A stretch of DNA of 47,337 nt from an uncultured Candidatus Saccharibacteria bacterium (lineage in GTDB: Bacteria; Patescibacteriota; Minisyncoccia; UBA6257; 02-FULL-45-10c): contig CAYHBW010000004.1 in the NCBI GenBank assembly GCA_964355085.1, positions 1 to 47,337 on the forward strand, in the 5' to 3' direction. The translations under genes and the position numbers were made by a program. The notes below the pieces were generated by a model. The model searched no databases. It was not told the origin of the DNA and saw only the letters and a program-made list of their open reading frames with translations. Positions 23,842-32,000 of the stretch are shown in pieces (within the stretch, counting starts at the first letter, position 1; each line of letters opens with the position of its first letter).

Positions 23842-24215
23842 TGGAGATGGTGGGAGTTGAACCCACATCCGAAAATGTATCTGCCTCAAATCTACGCGCG
23901 TAGCTTGGTCTTGGTTTGTGAAAATGAGCTATAGATCAAGCAAAACGCATCATTTCCATTGTCAGTGAATTTCTCCGCAGTTAGTAGACTTCTGCTACGG
24001 AAGAGTCTGATTAATTACACCGAAGTTCGGCCTACCAGACATGAGCCGTTCGATGGTCCCGCGGCATATAGCGGCGGAACAAGCCAGTTATGCGAAAGCA
24101 AAATCTGGCATTCTGTTGGATAAGTTTGCACTTATTCAGTTTCCCAGTTTAACAAGTTATGGAAGCTTGGCGCGCATTGAAACAGAAAAAATTCCCGTCA
24201 AAGCCCGGCATCCCC
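23842..24215 (-). ncRNA. ssrA: tmRNA (SsrA)
   Basis: 5' GGGGATGCCGGGCTTTGACGGGA..., 3' GGGTTCAACTCCCACCATCTCCA tRNA-like end. Candidate tag ORF from GCA at 24129 to TAA at 24090-24088. Adjacent to smpB. Confidence 0.88.
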
Positions 24216-24262
24216 TTGGTTTAGAATCTAGAATTCAGTATCTAGTATCTAAAATATGAAAT

Positions 24263-24706
24263 TTAATATTTCAATGTTCTGCGAACTTCCCTATCGGTTT
24301 CGCGGCGCTTGATTGTTTCGCGCTTATCCCGCGCTTTCTTGTGGCGGGCGAGTCCGATAGCAAGTTTCATTCTTCGGCCCTTATCATATATCGATAGAGG
24401 CACGATGGTCAATCCTCCTTCTTTGGCTTTGTTCAATAGGTAATTTATCTCCTTTTTATTGAGAAGAAGCCGGCGCGTGCGATCGGGTTTGTATCCGGGG
24501 TCAGTATTATTCGGCTGGTATGGAGGAATCTGGGCATTGAGAAGCTGGGCGCCGTCCGGCTTCACCAATACGAAAGATCCGGTCAGCTGCGCCCCGCCTT
24601 TGCGGACGGATTTTACCTCCTGGCCGGTCAAAGAAATTCCGGCCTCGAAGGTTTCCAATATTTCATAATCAAATCTCGCTTTGCGATTTTCCGACAGTTG
24701 TTTCAT
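24263..24706 (-). CDS. smpB: SsrA-binding protein SmpB
   Basis: 147 aa. NRKARFDYEILETFEAGI.L.G.EVKS.R and a basic C-terminal tail. Confidence 0.95.
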   Translation of the reverse strand: MKQLSENRKARFDYEILETFEAGISLTGQEVKSVRKGGAQLTGSFVLVKPDGAQLLNAQIPPYQPNNTDPGYKPDRTRRLLLNKKEINYLLNKAKEGGLTIVPLSIYDKGRRMKLAIGLARHKKARDKRETIKRRETDREVRRTLKY

Positions 24707-24783
24707 GTCTACATTATATAGGATATCTTGACGCTGACGAATTTTATCAATATATTATTCGTAGTTCATCGGAGGAGCATAAT

Positions 24784-25275
24784 ATGGAAATCTGGCATAA
24801 AGGCAGTCTCGATGATCCCAGTGTTCTCGAGCAGGAGATCGCCCTGAAAGAATATCTTGGTGTTCTGATTCCGGTTTGTTCCGCGGAGACCAGTTCCGAC
24901 CCGGTTAATTGGACTCCGGAAAATCCGTTGCACGGGCATTGCGCCGTCGTGGCGGTTCTGGTGCAGGAAAATTTCGGCGGCGAAATACTGCGCGCTTCTC
25001 TTCTTGGCGTCAAAGGATATGAGCAGATGCAAAGCCATTATTGGAATCGATCGAAGAACGGATCCGAGGTCGATCTCACTGCCGGTCAATTCCGGGGTAA
25101 TGACCGCGATCTGGTGCCGGAAGGAAAAAATACAAAGAGGGACGGTCAAACCGGGGAAGAAGTTTTGATCACCAGAGAGAGTCTTCTGGCATATGAACCG
25201 ACCAGAAGGAGATACGAGCTCCTTAAGAAAAAGGTTAATGATGAATGGAGTCGGGTATATGAAGGACGCGATTGA
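24784..25275 (+). CDS. YunG-like hypothetical protein
   Basis: W.PENP..G.C.V.A...QE.FGGEI...........HYWN....G...DLT..QF pattern recalled from YunG family proteins. Confidence 0.45.
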   Translation: MEIWHKGSLDDPSVLEQEIALKEYLGVLIPVCSAETSSDPVNWTPENPLHGHCAVVAVLVQENFGGEILRASLLGVKGYEQMQSHYWNRSKNGSEVDLTAGQFRGNDRDLVPEGKNTKRDGQTGEEVLITRESLLAYEPTRRRYELLKKKVNDEWSRVYEGRD

Positions 25276-25297
25276 AGGGGCATGCGCCCCTTTTTTA
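25275..25297 (+). terminator. rho-independent terminator
   Basis: GGGGC-ATGC-GCCCC followed by TTTTTT. Confidence 0.7.
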
Positions 25298-25365
25298 TTT
25301 CATTGCTGTGTTTATTCGGTCAACTGATGCGGATAAGTCTGGTCATGTATAAAATAAAAAGCCGC

Positions 25366-25650
25366 TCAATGAGCGGCAGAACTGATAATCCTTATCCAAT
25401 ATGCATCGTATATTTCCACAACTACGGATTGTTTAGGCGACCATTTCATACATTCACCGCGGCCCATAGTTCCGGTATTTTTGAACCCGTAATTATCCGT
25501 GATGACCTCTATTCTGCAGTTTCCATCTCCTACTCTGCGCAGGACAGTTCCTGTATCTTTATAGATTTTATCCGGATCAAGCTTTGGAAGAGTTTTACAG
25601 GCAGATAAGCTGATTACGAAGGTAAGGAGCAGGGTTGTCTGAATATTCAT
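25366..25650 (-). CDS. small lipoprotein (hypothetical)
   Basis: 94 aa. Signal peptide with lipobox ISLSAC. Confidence 0.6.
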   Translation of the reverse strand: MNIQTTLLLTFVISLSACKTLPKLDPDKIYKDTGTVLRRVGDGNCRIEVITDNYGFKNTGTMGRGECMKWSPKQSVVVEIYDAYWIRIISSAAH

Positions 25651-25729
25651 TATTATTCCAAATCTTTAGCGCTGCTTATAAGTTACACCATTATTTAATT
25701 TTAAGTCAATTAGTGATAAAATCTTATTA

Positions 25730-27529
25730 ATGATCGCGGACATAAAAAAACTCATAAAACAGACCGCTTCGGCGGAAATAGACATTGAAGTCAGCGCTTC
25801 GGACAAGCCGGAGTTCGGTCATTATTCCACTAATGCGGCTTTTAAATTGGCGCCGATAGTCAGGAAATCTCCTCTTGAAATCGCTAAGGACTTAAGTCAA
25901 AAATTGGGCGAAGAAAAGATTTTTTCAAAAGTCGAAGCAGTTGCGCCCGGATTCATCAATTTTTGGATTTCATCGGCGGCTTTGCAAGGGAGTGTTGCAG
26001 AAATTTTAAAAGAAAATAAAAATTTCGGAAAGTTGAGCGGAGCGAAATCCGCCTCTGGCGGATTAAAAGTTAACCTAGAGTTCGTTTCCGCTAATCCGAC
26101 CGGGCCATTGACCATGGCTAACGGCCGAGGGGGATTTTACGGAACTGCGCTTGCGAATGTTCTGGAAAAAACCGGTCATAAAGTTACACGGGAATATTAC
26201 GTGAATGACGCCGGGAATCAGGTCCGGAAGTTGGCATTAAGTATATTGGCAGAAAAAGGATTCGTGCCTAAGTTTTCCGAGCATTATCAGGGTGGTTATA
26301 TTAAAGAATGGGCAATGTTAGTTAAATTATCAAAAGAATTAGAAAAAAAATTAAAGTTAAATTATAAATTAGGTAAGTCAGAATTTGAAAAAGGAGAAAA
26401 ATATCAAGATGAAAATGCAGAAATTGCACGTTTCTATAATTCGATAGTTAAGCCAATTTATAGAAATCATCTCAAGGATCTCGAATCTATCGGTAAAAAA
26501 ACTACACTGATTGCATTAAAAAGTATAAAAAAATCTCTTCAAAAAGCGGGGATCAGGCATGACAATTGGTTTTCCGAGGATGCGAATCTTCATAAAAAAG
26601 GAGAGCTAAAGAAAGCTTTAGAATTTTTAAAAAATCGAAAAGTAGTTGAAGAAAAAGACGGAGCAACGTGGCTAAAACACCATGAGGCGAAGCCTCAGGA
26701 GTTCGCCCGACCGAATTTACACGGCAAATTCAGTTTAGGGTTGGGCGAAGGGGTTCTTATAAAGTCTGACGGCTTGCCTACTTATTTTCTGGCCGATCTT
26801 GCTTATCACTACAACAAGCTGATAAAGCGGAAATTCGATCTCGCCATCGATATCTGGGGCGCGGATCATCATGGCTATGCGCAAAGGATGAAAAAAGGCG
26901 TGGAAGCGCTCGGATTGAATTCGGAAAGATTGAAAATTCTTATCACGCAGCTGGTCCGGTTGGTCAGCGGCGGGAAAGAAGTCCGCATGTCCAAGCGGAA
27001 AGGGGAATTCATCACCATGGACGATCTTTTGGAAGAAGTCGGGGCGGATGCGGCCAAGTTTTTCTTTTTGATGCATTCATTGGATACGCATATGGATTTT
27101 GATATGGATCTGGCGAAAGAGAAATCCAATAAGAATCCAGTATTCTATGCGCAATATGCGCTCGTAAGATGCAGTAACATCTTACGGAAGTCTAAAGCCC
27201 CGACCAAAGTCGGGGAGCCGACTCTGGTCGGCTTTAAAAATTTAAAATTAGAGTTTTTGACTTCCGAGTCGGAGGTCAGATTGATGCTAGAATTGATGAA
27301 ATTCCCTGATCTGATTACGCAGACAGCGGAAGATTATCAGGTCCATCATCTGACAAAATATGCCGGCGATGTCGCCCGGGCTTTGCACAATTTTTATGAA
27401 AAAGAGAGGGTTGTCGGGCTGGAAGATAAAAAACTTGAGCGGGCCCGATTGGCGCTGGTTTCCGCGACAAAGATTGTTTTGGAAAATCTGTTCGATATTT
27501 TAGGAATCTCAAAACCAAAGAAAATGTAA
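25730..27529 (+). CDS. argS: arginine--tRNA ligase
   Basis: 599 aa. SANPTGPLTMANGRG (HIGH region), HHGY, MSKRKG, C-terminal DALR anticodon-binding region ending in M. Confidence 0.95.
   Translation: MIADIKKLIKQTASAEIDIEVSASDKPEFGHYSTNAAFKLAPIVRKSPLEIAKDLSQKLGEEKIFSKVEAVAPGFINFWISSAALQGSVAEILKENKNFGKLSGAKSASGGLKVNLEFVSANPTGPLTMANGRGGFYGTALANVLEKTGHKVTREYYVNDAGNQVRKLALSILAEKGFVPKFSEHYQGGYIKEWAMLVKLSKELEKKLKLNYKLGKSEFEKGEKYQDENAEIARFYNSIVKPIYRNHLKDLESIGKKTTLIALKSIKKSLQKAGIRHDNWFSEDANLHKKGELKKALEFLKNRKVVEEKDGATWLKHHEAKPQEFARPNLHGKFSLGLGEGVLIKSDGLPTYFLADLAYHYNKLIKRKFDLAIDIWGADHHGYAQRMKKGVEALGLNSERLKILITQLVRLVSGGKEVRMSKRKGEFITMDDLLEEVGADAAKFFFLMHSLDTHMDFDMDLAKEKSNKNPVFYAQYALVRCSNILRKSKAPTKVGEPTLVGFKNLKLEFLTSESEVRLMLELMKFPDLITQTAEDYQVHHLTKYAGDVARALHNFYEKERVVGLEDKKLERARLALVSATKIVLENLFDILGISKPKKM
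27194..27234. repeat. 41-nt double-hairpin palindromic element inside argS (copy 1)
   Basis: CCCCGAC-CAAA-GTCGGGG (27198-27215) and AGCCGAC-TCTG-GTCGGCT (27216-27233). 36/41 identical to 31744-31784. Confidence 0.8.
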
Positions 27530-27551
27530 GATTCTTATCTTGTCAGAATTT

Positions 27552-27584
27552 TACCCGATTACGACGGGTATTGCTTTACTTTTT
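27552..27584 (+). terminator. probable terminator after argS
   Basis: TACCCG-ATTACGA-CGGGTA followed by a T-rich tract. Confidence 0.5.
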
Positions 27585-27622
27585 ATCTTCTATTTGTTTT
27601 AATCATTAGCGGTTCTTAGAAT

Positions 27623-28009
27623 ATGAATATAGGTAATGACATGGCCGACACGGTTCGCGGAGTTACGGCGGAAATTGAGAATTCCCTTATTTCAACGCAG
27701 GGCACTTCACAGCAGGAGACGCAGAGACGCTTAAGCGAAGCTGTTTCCGTCCTTCTGGGGTTTTGGTCTCACAGGAGAACTGTTTCCTGGATGCTTAAAA
27801 AGAATTCCGCATTGCGAAACGAAGCCCCGATAGACCTTGTCGCTTCTGCGTATGCCGCGAAAGATCTTATGAGTGCAATCAGGGCGATAAAACAAAAGCA
27901 TCTTGCGAGAAAAAATAGACTCGCAAGATTACGGCGCTTGCTTCGGACTCCGTCTGTCCTGGAGTATGGGGATTCGTGCGGCGTCGGTATTCCGGTCGAA
28001 CTGTTGTAA
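27623..28009 (+). CDS. hypothetical protein (weak resemblance to DUF2384 antitoxin-type domain)
   Basis: 128 aa. The segment W.LKKNSALRNEAPIDLV.S...A.DL...I..I is reminiscent of Xre/MbcA/ParS toxin-binding domains. Weak call. Confidence 0.4.
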   Translation: MNIGNDMADTVRGVTAEIENSLISTQGTSQQETQRRLSEAVSVLLGFWSHRRTVSWMLKKNSALRNEAPIDLVASAYAAKDLMSAIRAIKQKHLARKNRLARLRRLLRTPSVLEYGDSCGVGIPVELL

Positions 28010-28029
28010 CCGCCTGATGGCGGTTTTTT
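28009..28029 (+). terminator. rho-independent terminator
   Basis: ACCGCC-TGAT-GGCGGT followed by TTTTT. Confidence 0.7.
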
Positions 28030-28099
28030 AATTTTCAGATTTGAAAAAATAAAAATATCAGTGTATTCTTTTTGAAGAACTTATCAGCGCGGAGACTCA

Positions 28100-28519
28100 T
28101 TGGGGGATTTGAAAAAGATTTCCGTCGGATTGATTTTCACATACGTCGCCTACCTTCTGATCTGCCACTCTTCTTTTTATGCCGTCTGTGAAATATTGTA
28201 TGTCGATAAGGCATTTCATATCGCCGGCGGATATCTCATCGCCGCGCTTGCATATCGTCTTTCCGGATCAAGTAATCCATTGATATTATTCAGCGCCGTT
28301 ATTGCAATGGGCGTCGCTTGGGAATTTTTGGAGGTTTTCTTTCTGAATCCTTGGACTTTCCCCGCTCTTTCCGAAATCGGGCGGGCATTCGTCTCTTACG
28401 GGGATATCGCAGCGGATGTAGCCGGTTTTTTTCTGTATATGATATCGGGTAGAGAAAAGATTAATCATGCGCCTGCTTATATTCCCGGCGCACCTGATGA
28501 CCGCAATCGCCTTATTTAA
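28100..28519 (+). CDS. hypothetical membrane protein
   Basis: 139 aa, four hydrophobic helices. TTG start in the track, so the start is uncertain. Confidence 0.45.
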   Translation: MGDLKKISVGLIFTYVAYLLICHSSFYAVCEILYVDKAFHIAGGYLIAALAYRLSGSSNPLILFSAVIAMGVAWEFLEVFFLNPWTFPALSEIGRAFVSYGDIAADVAGFFLYMISGREKINHAPAYIPGAPDDRNRLI

Positions 28520-28610
28520 GGCGATTTTTGTTTATTTTTCACTCTTGCATTGTCGTATCTTGGGGTGATATATTCTCTGTAGTCATTTGCTAAATCAATT
28601 CGAGGTTGCC

Positions 28611-28907
28611 ATGTTGCTGATTCCACGTGATACGGCGCGTAGAGATCATTATGTGAAACACAAAGTGCGTTTTTCAAGATTACAGATTTACATAGCCCAT
28701 AGATTGGCGAGAAGCGGTTTAAGGGAGATATTGAAGGAACGAAAACCAAAAGGGATCGCCGCTCTTTGTAAGGAAATCAGGCTATTATCGCATTATATTC
28801 ATTTATTGAAAAAATCCGAAGGATATTACAAATATCTACGCTCAATACACAAGCATTCCGATTACGAAAGACATTTGAAGGAAAGAACTAATCGCCGCTC
28901 CCGATGA
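28611..28907 (+). CDS. hypothetical basic protein
   Basis: ATG at 28611 (track start TTG 28587). Arg/Lys/His-rich. The terminator hairpin overlaps its 3' end. Confidence 0.4.
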   Translation: MLLIPRDTARRDHYVKHKVRFSRLQIYIAHRLARSGLREILKERKPKGIAALCKEIRLLSHYIHLLKKSEGYYKYLRSIHKHSDYERHLKERTNRRSR

Positions 28908-28917
28908 GCGGTTTTTT
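28895..28917 (+). terminator. rho-independent terminator
   Basis: CCGCTC-CCGAT-GAGCGG followed by TTTTTT. Confidence 0.65.
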
Positions 28918-28919
28918 GT

Positions 28920-28948
28920 TTGAAAATGAACGATTTTTCGCTTAATAT
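28920..28948 (+). promoter_or_regulatory. promoter TTGAAA-17-TAATAT for the ileS leader
   Basis: TTGAAA 28920-28925, 17-nt spacer, TAATAT 28943-28948. Confidence 0.5.
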
Positions 28949-28957
28949 ATAAGAATA

Positions 28958-29099
28958 TGCCAGGTAGTAGATCTGCGGCTAGAATCTCATTTATCCGCGT
29001 TTACTATATGGAATTTAAGTAAAATAGTAATTGTAATTATAAATAGATAATCAATAAATTGAGATTCTGCGGATAAACACCGCAGGCTCACTACATGGT
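28958..29099 (+). promoter_or_regulatory. structured 5' leader of ileS, copy B of a two-copy element
   Basis: Aligns with the reverse complement of 22016-22160. Helices 28964-28978/29080-29094 and 28981-28989/29060-29068. Alternative hairpin 29067-29072/29080-29085. Ends at ATG 29100. Confidence 0.7.
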
Positions 29100-32000
29100 A
29101 TGCTTAGAGGCCTTAAGGAATTCAAATTGCCGGAAATAGAGGAGAGAGTGCTCAAATTCTGGAAAGAAAACAGGATTTTTGAGAAGTCTTTGAAGCTTCG
29201 CGAGAATGCGAAGCCCTTCCGATTTTTTGAAGGTCCGCCGACTGCTAACGGCCGTCCCGGAATTCACCATGTTCTTGGTCGGGCATTTAAAGATGTCATT
29301 CCGCGCTATAAGACAATGCAGGGATATTTGGTCAATCGAAAAGCCGGCTGGGATACTCATGGTTTGCCGGTGGAAATTGAAGTTGAAAAAGAACTCGGCC
29401 TGAAAAATAAACAGGAAATCGAGAAATTCGGAATCGCGGAATTCAATGAAAAAGCCAAATCTTCCGTCTGGAGATATCAGGAAGAATGGGAAAAGCTGAC
29501 TGACCGTATCGGATTCTGGTTGGATATGAAAAATCCGTATGTCACCTATAAGCCGGATTACGTGGAAAGTCTTTGGTGGGTTTTGAAGCAGATTGCAGAC
29601 AGGGATCTTCTCGCTCAGTCATTTAAGATTGTTCCTTATTGCCCTCGCTGTCAGACTCCGCTTTCCAGTCATGAAATGGGACAGCCGGGAGTTTATAAAA
29701 AAGTTAAAGATCCATCCGTATACGTAAAGTTCACCCTTCGACAAGCTAAGGGTAAAAAAAATAAAGCAAAAGAATACCTCTTGGTCTGGACCACCACTCC
29801 GTGGACTTTGCCGTCCAATGTGGCTGTCGCAGTCAATCCGGAATTAAGCTATACGAAATATAAAGTCGGAAAAGATTTTGTCTGGTCATATAATCCTCCG
29901 CCTTCGCCAGAGGCTACGGCGGACAAGTCCTCCGAAAATATTGAGGTGGTGGAAAAGATTTCCGGGAAGAAAATGATCGGTTGGGAATATGAGCCGATGT
30001 TCAAGGTAAAAGGCCCGTGGCTGAAAAACAAGAAGTTTTTTAAAGTTTACGGCGCCGGTTTTGTATCCACTACGGACGGAACAGGATTGGTTCATATTGC
30101 TCCGGCTTTTGGCGAGGATGATATGCAGCTTATTAAAAAAGAGCAGAAAGAATTGGTCGGACAGATCCCAATCACTATTGATGCGCGTGGCATAGTTCAG
30201 GCAGGACTGCCGGGCGCAGGGAGATTTGCCAAGCAGGCGGATAAAGATATCATCGCTCATCTTTTGGATAAAAAAATACTGCTTAAATATGAAGAAATAG
30301 AGCACGATTATCCGTTTTGTTGGAGATGCGGAACGCCTATTTTATACTTCTCCCGCTTTTCCTGGTTCATAGAAATGAGCGGGCTTCGCGACCAGCTTCT
30401 GAAAAATAATGAAAAGATAAATTGGGTTCCGGATCACATTAAAGAGGGGAGATTCGGTGAGTGGCTTCGTGAAATAAAAGATTGGGCGATTTCTCGTGAT
30501 CGCTATTGGGGAACGCCGCTACCGATTTGGCGATGTGGGGATTGTGAGGCGACTAAGGTCGTCGGAAGCTTAAAAGAATTGGACGATAGCCGTTTTTCGG
30601 AAAATAATTTTTATTTTCTCCGTCATGGAGAGTCAGATCATAATTTGACTGATATTATAGCAGCCGGGCCGGAGCGCGGAAAAAATATTTCCAAGCTGAC
30701 CAAGAAAGGCCTTGCGCAAGCGGAAGAAGCCGGAAAAAATATAAAGAAAATGCTCGGGAAAAATAAACTCGATTTCATTTTCGCTTCGCCTTATCAGCGT
30801 ACAAAGCAGACGGCAAAGGCGGTCGCTAAGCAGACGAAAGCGAAATTGATTTTTGATAAAAGGTTGGTTGAAATCGATGCGGGAATTTTTAATTGGAGAG
30901 TGGTCGGAGAGTTCCATAAATTTTTTGAGAATTCTTTGGAGCGCTTCACTAAATCTCCGGCTGGTGGAGAAAATCTGAATGATGTTAAAAAAAGGATGTT
31001 CGGCGCAATTCTGGATATCAATTCCAAATATTCCGGTAAAAATATTCTCATTGTCAGCCATGGCGATCCACTTTGGGTTTTGGAAGGAGCAATGAAGGGA
31101 TTGGATAACGAAGAAATTTTGAATTTGGATTACATTAAAACTGACGGCAAGCCGCGGAAAGTTGAGTTGCATAATTGGCCGTATAATATGAATTGTGAGC
31201 TCGATATTCATCGCCCGTATGTCGATGATCTGCATCTTAAGTGCGGGAAGTGTGATGGCAAAATGACCCGCGTGAAGGAGGTCGCCGATTCTTGGTTTGA
31301 TTCCGGAGCAATGCCGTTTGCGCAATTTCATTATCCATTCGCGCAAGATCTGAAAAATCCTTTGGATATGAATTCGATTGAAAAAACGATTGAATTTCCG
31401 GCTGATTACATCAGCGAGGGAATTGATCAGACCAGGGGATGGTTTTATACTCTTCTAGCCGTGGCCACTGCTTTGGGCTTGGAAAATCCTTACAAAAACG
31501 TGATTACGCTTGGATTAGTTTTAGATAAAAACGGCCAAAAGATGTCCAAGTCAAAGGGAAACGTGGTCAGTCCGTGGGATATGATTCAGAAATACGGCTC
31601 TGATGTTGTCCGCTGGTATTACTACACCATCAATCCGCCGTCTGAATCCAAAAAATTTGACGAGCTGGATCTCGGCAAGATGCTCCGAAAGTTCATAATG
31701 ATAATTTATAACTCTTTCGTTTTTCTGGAGACTTATGGGGATAAAAGCCCCGACCATAGTCGGGGAGTCGACTTGGGTCGACTTCAGAATGTTTTAGATA
31801 GATGGATCTCAGCTAGATTGAATCAGACAATCGAGCAGGCGACGGAAGGATTGGAAAAATACGATGTCGGTTCCGCCGGAAAGGCGCTGGAATCTTTTGC
31901 AGACGATCTTTCCCGATGGTATATCCGCCGTTCCCGTCCGCGCCTGCAGAAGCCGGATGATATGAAGGATTATGCGTCCGCCTCCGCCACTTTGCGGTTC

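Noticed and set aside
24041-24259. 72-aa plus-strand ORF.
   Set aside because: It lies entirely within the tmRNA gene, on the opposite strand.
26290-26560. An AT-rich, Lys-rich stretch inside argS as a possible inserted segment.
   Set aside because: The region corresponds to a normally variable part of ArgRS between the HYxGxY motif and the ...DNWFSE motif. The length excess is modest and no repeat boundaries are visible.
28958-29099. A T-box riboswitch as the explanation for the ileS leader.
   Set aside because: There is no T-box consensus (AANNNGGGTGGTACCGCG-like) and no obvious specifier loop. The same element also precedes rpmI, which is not an amino-acid-related gene.
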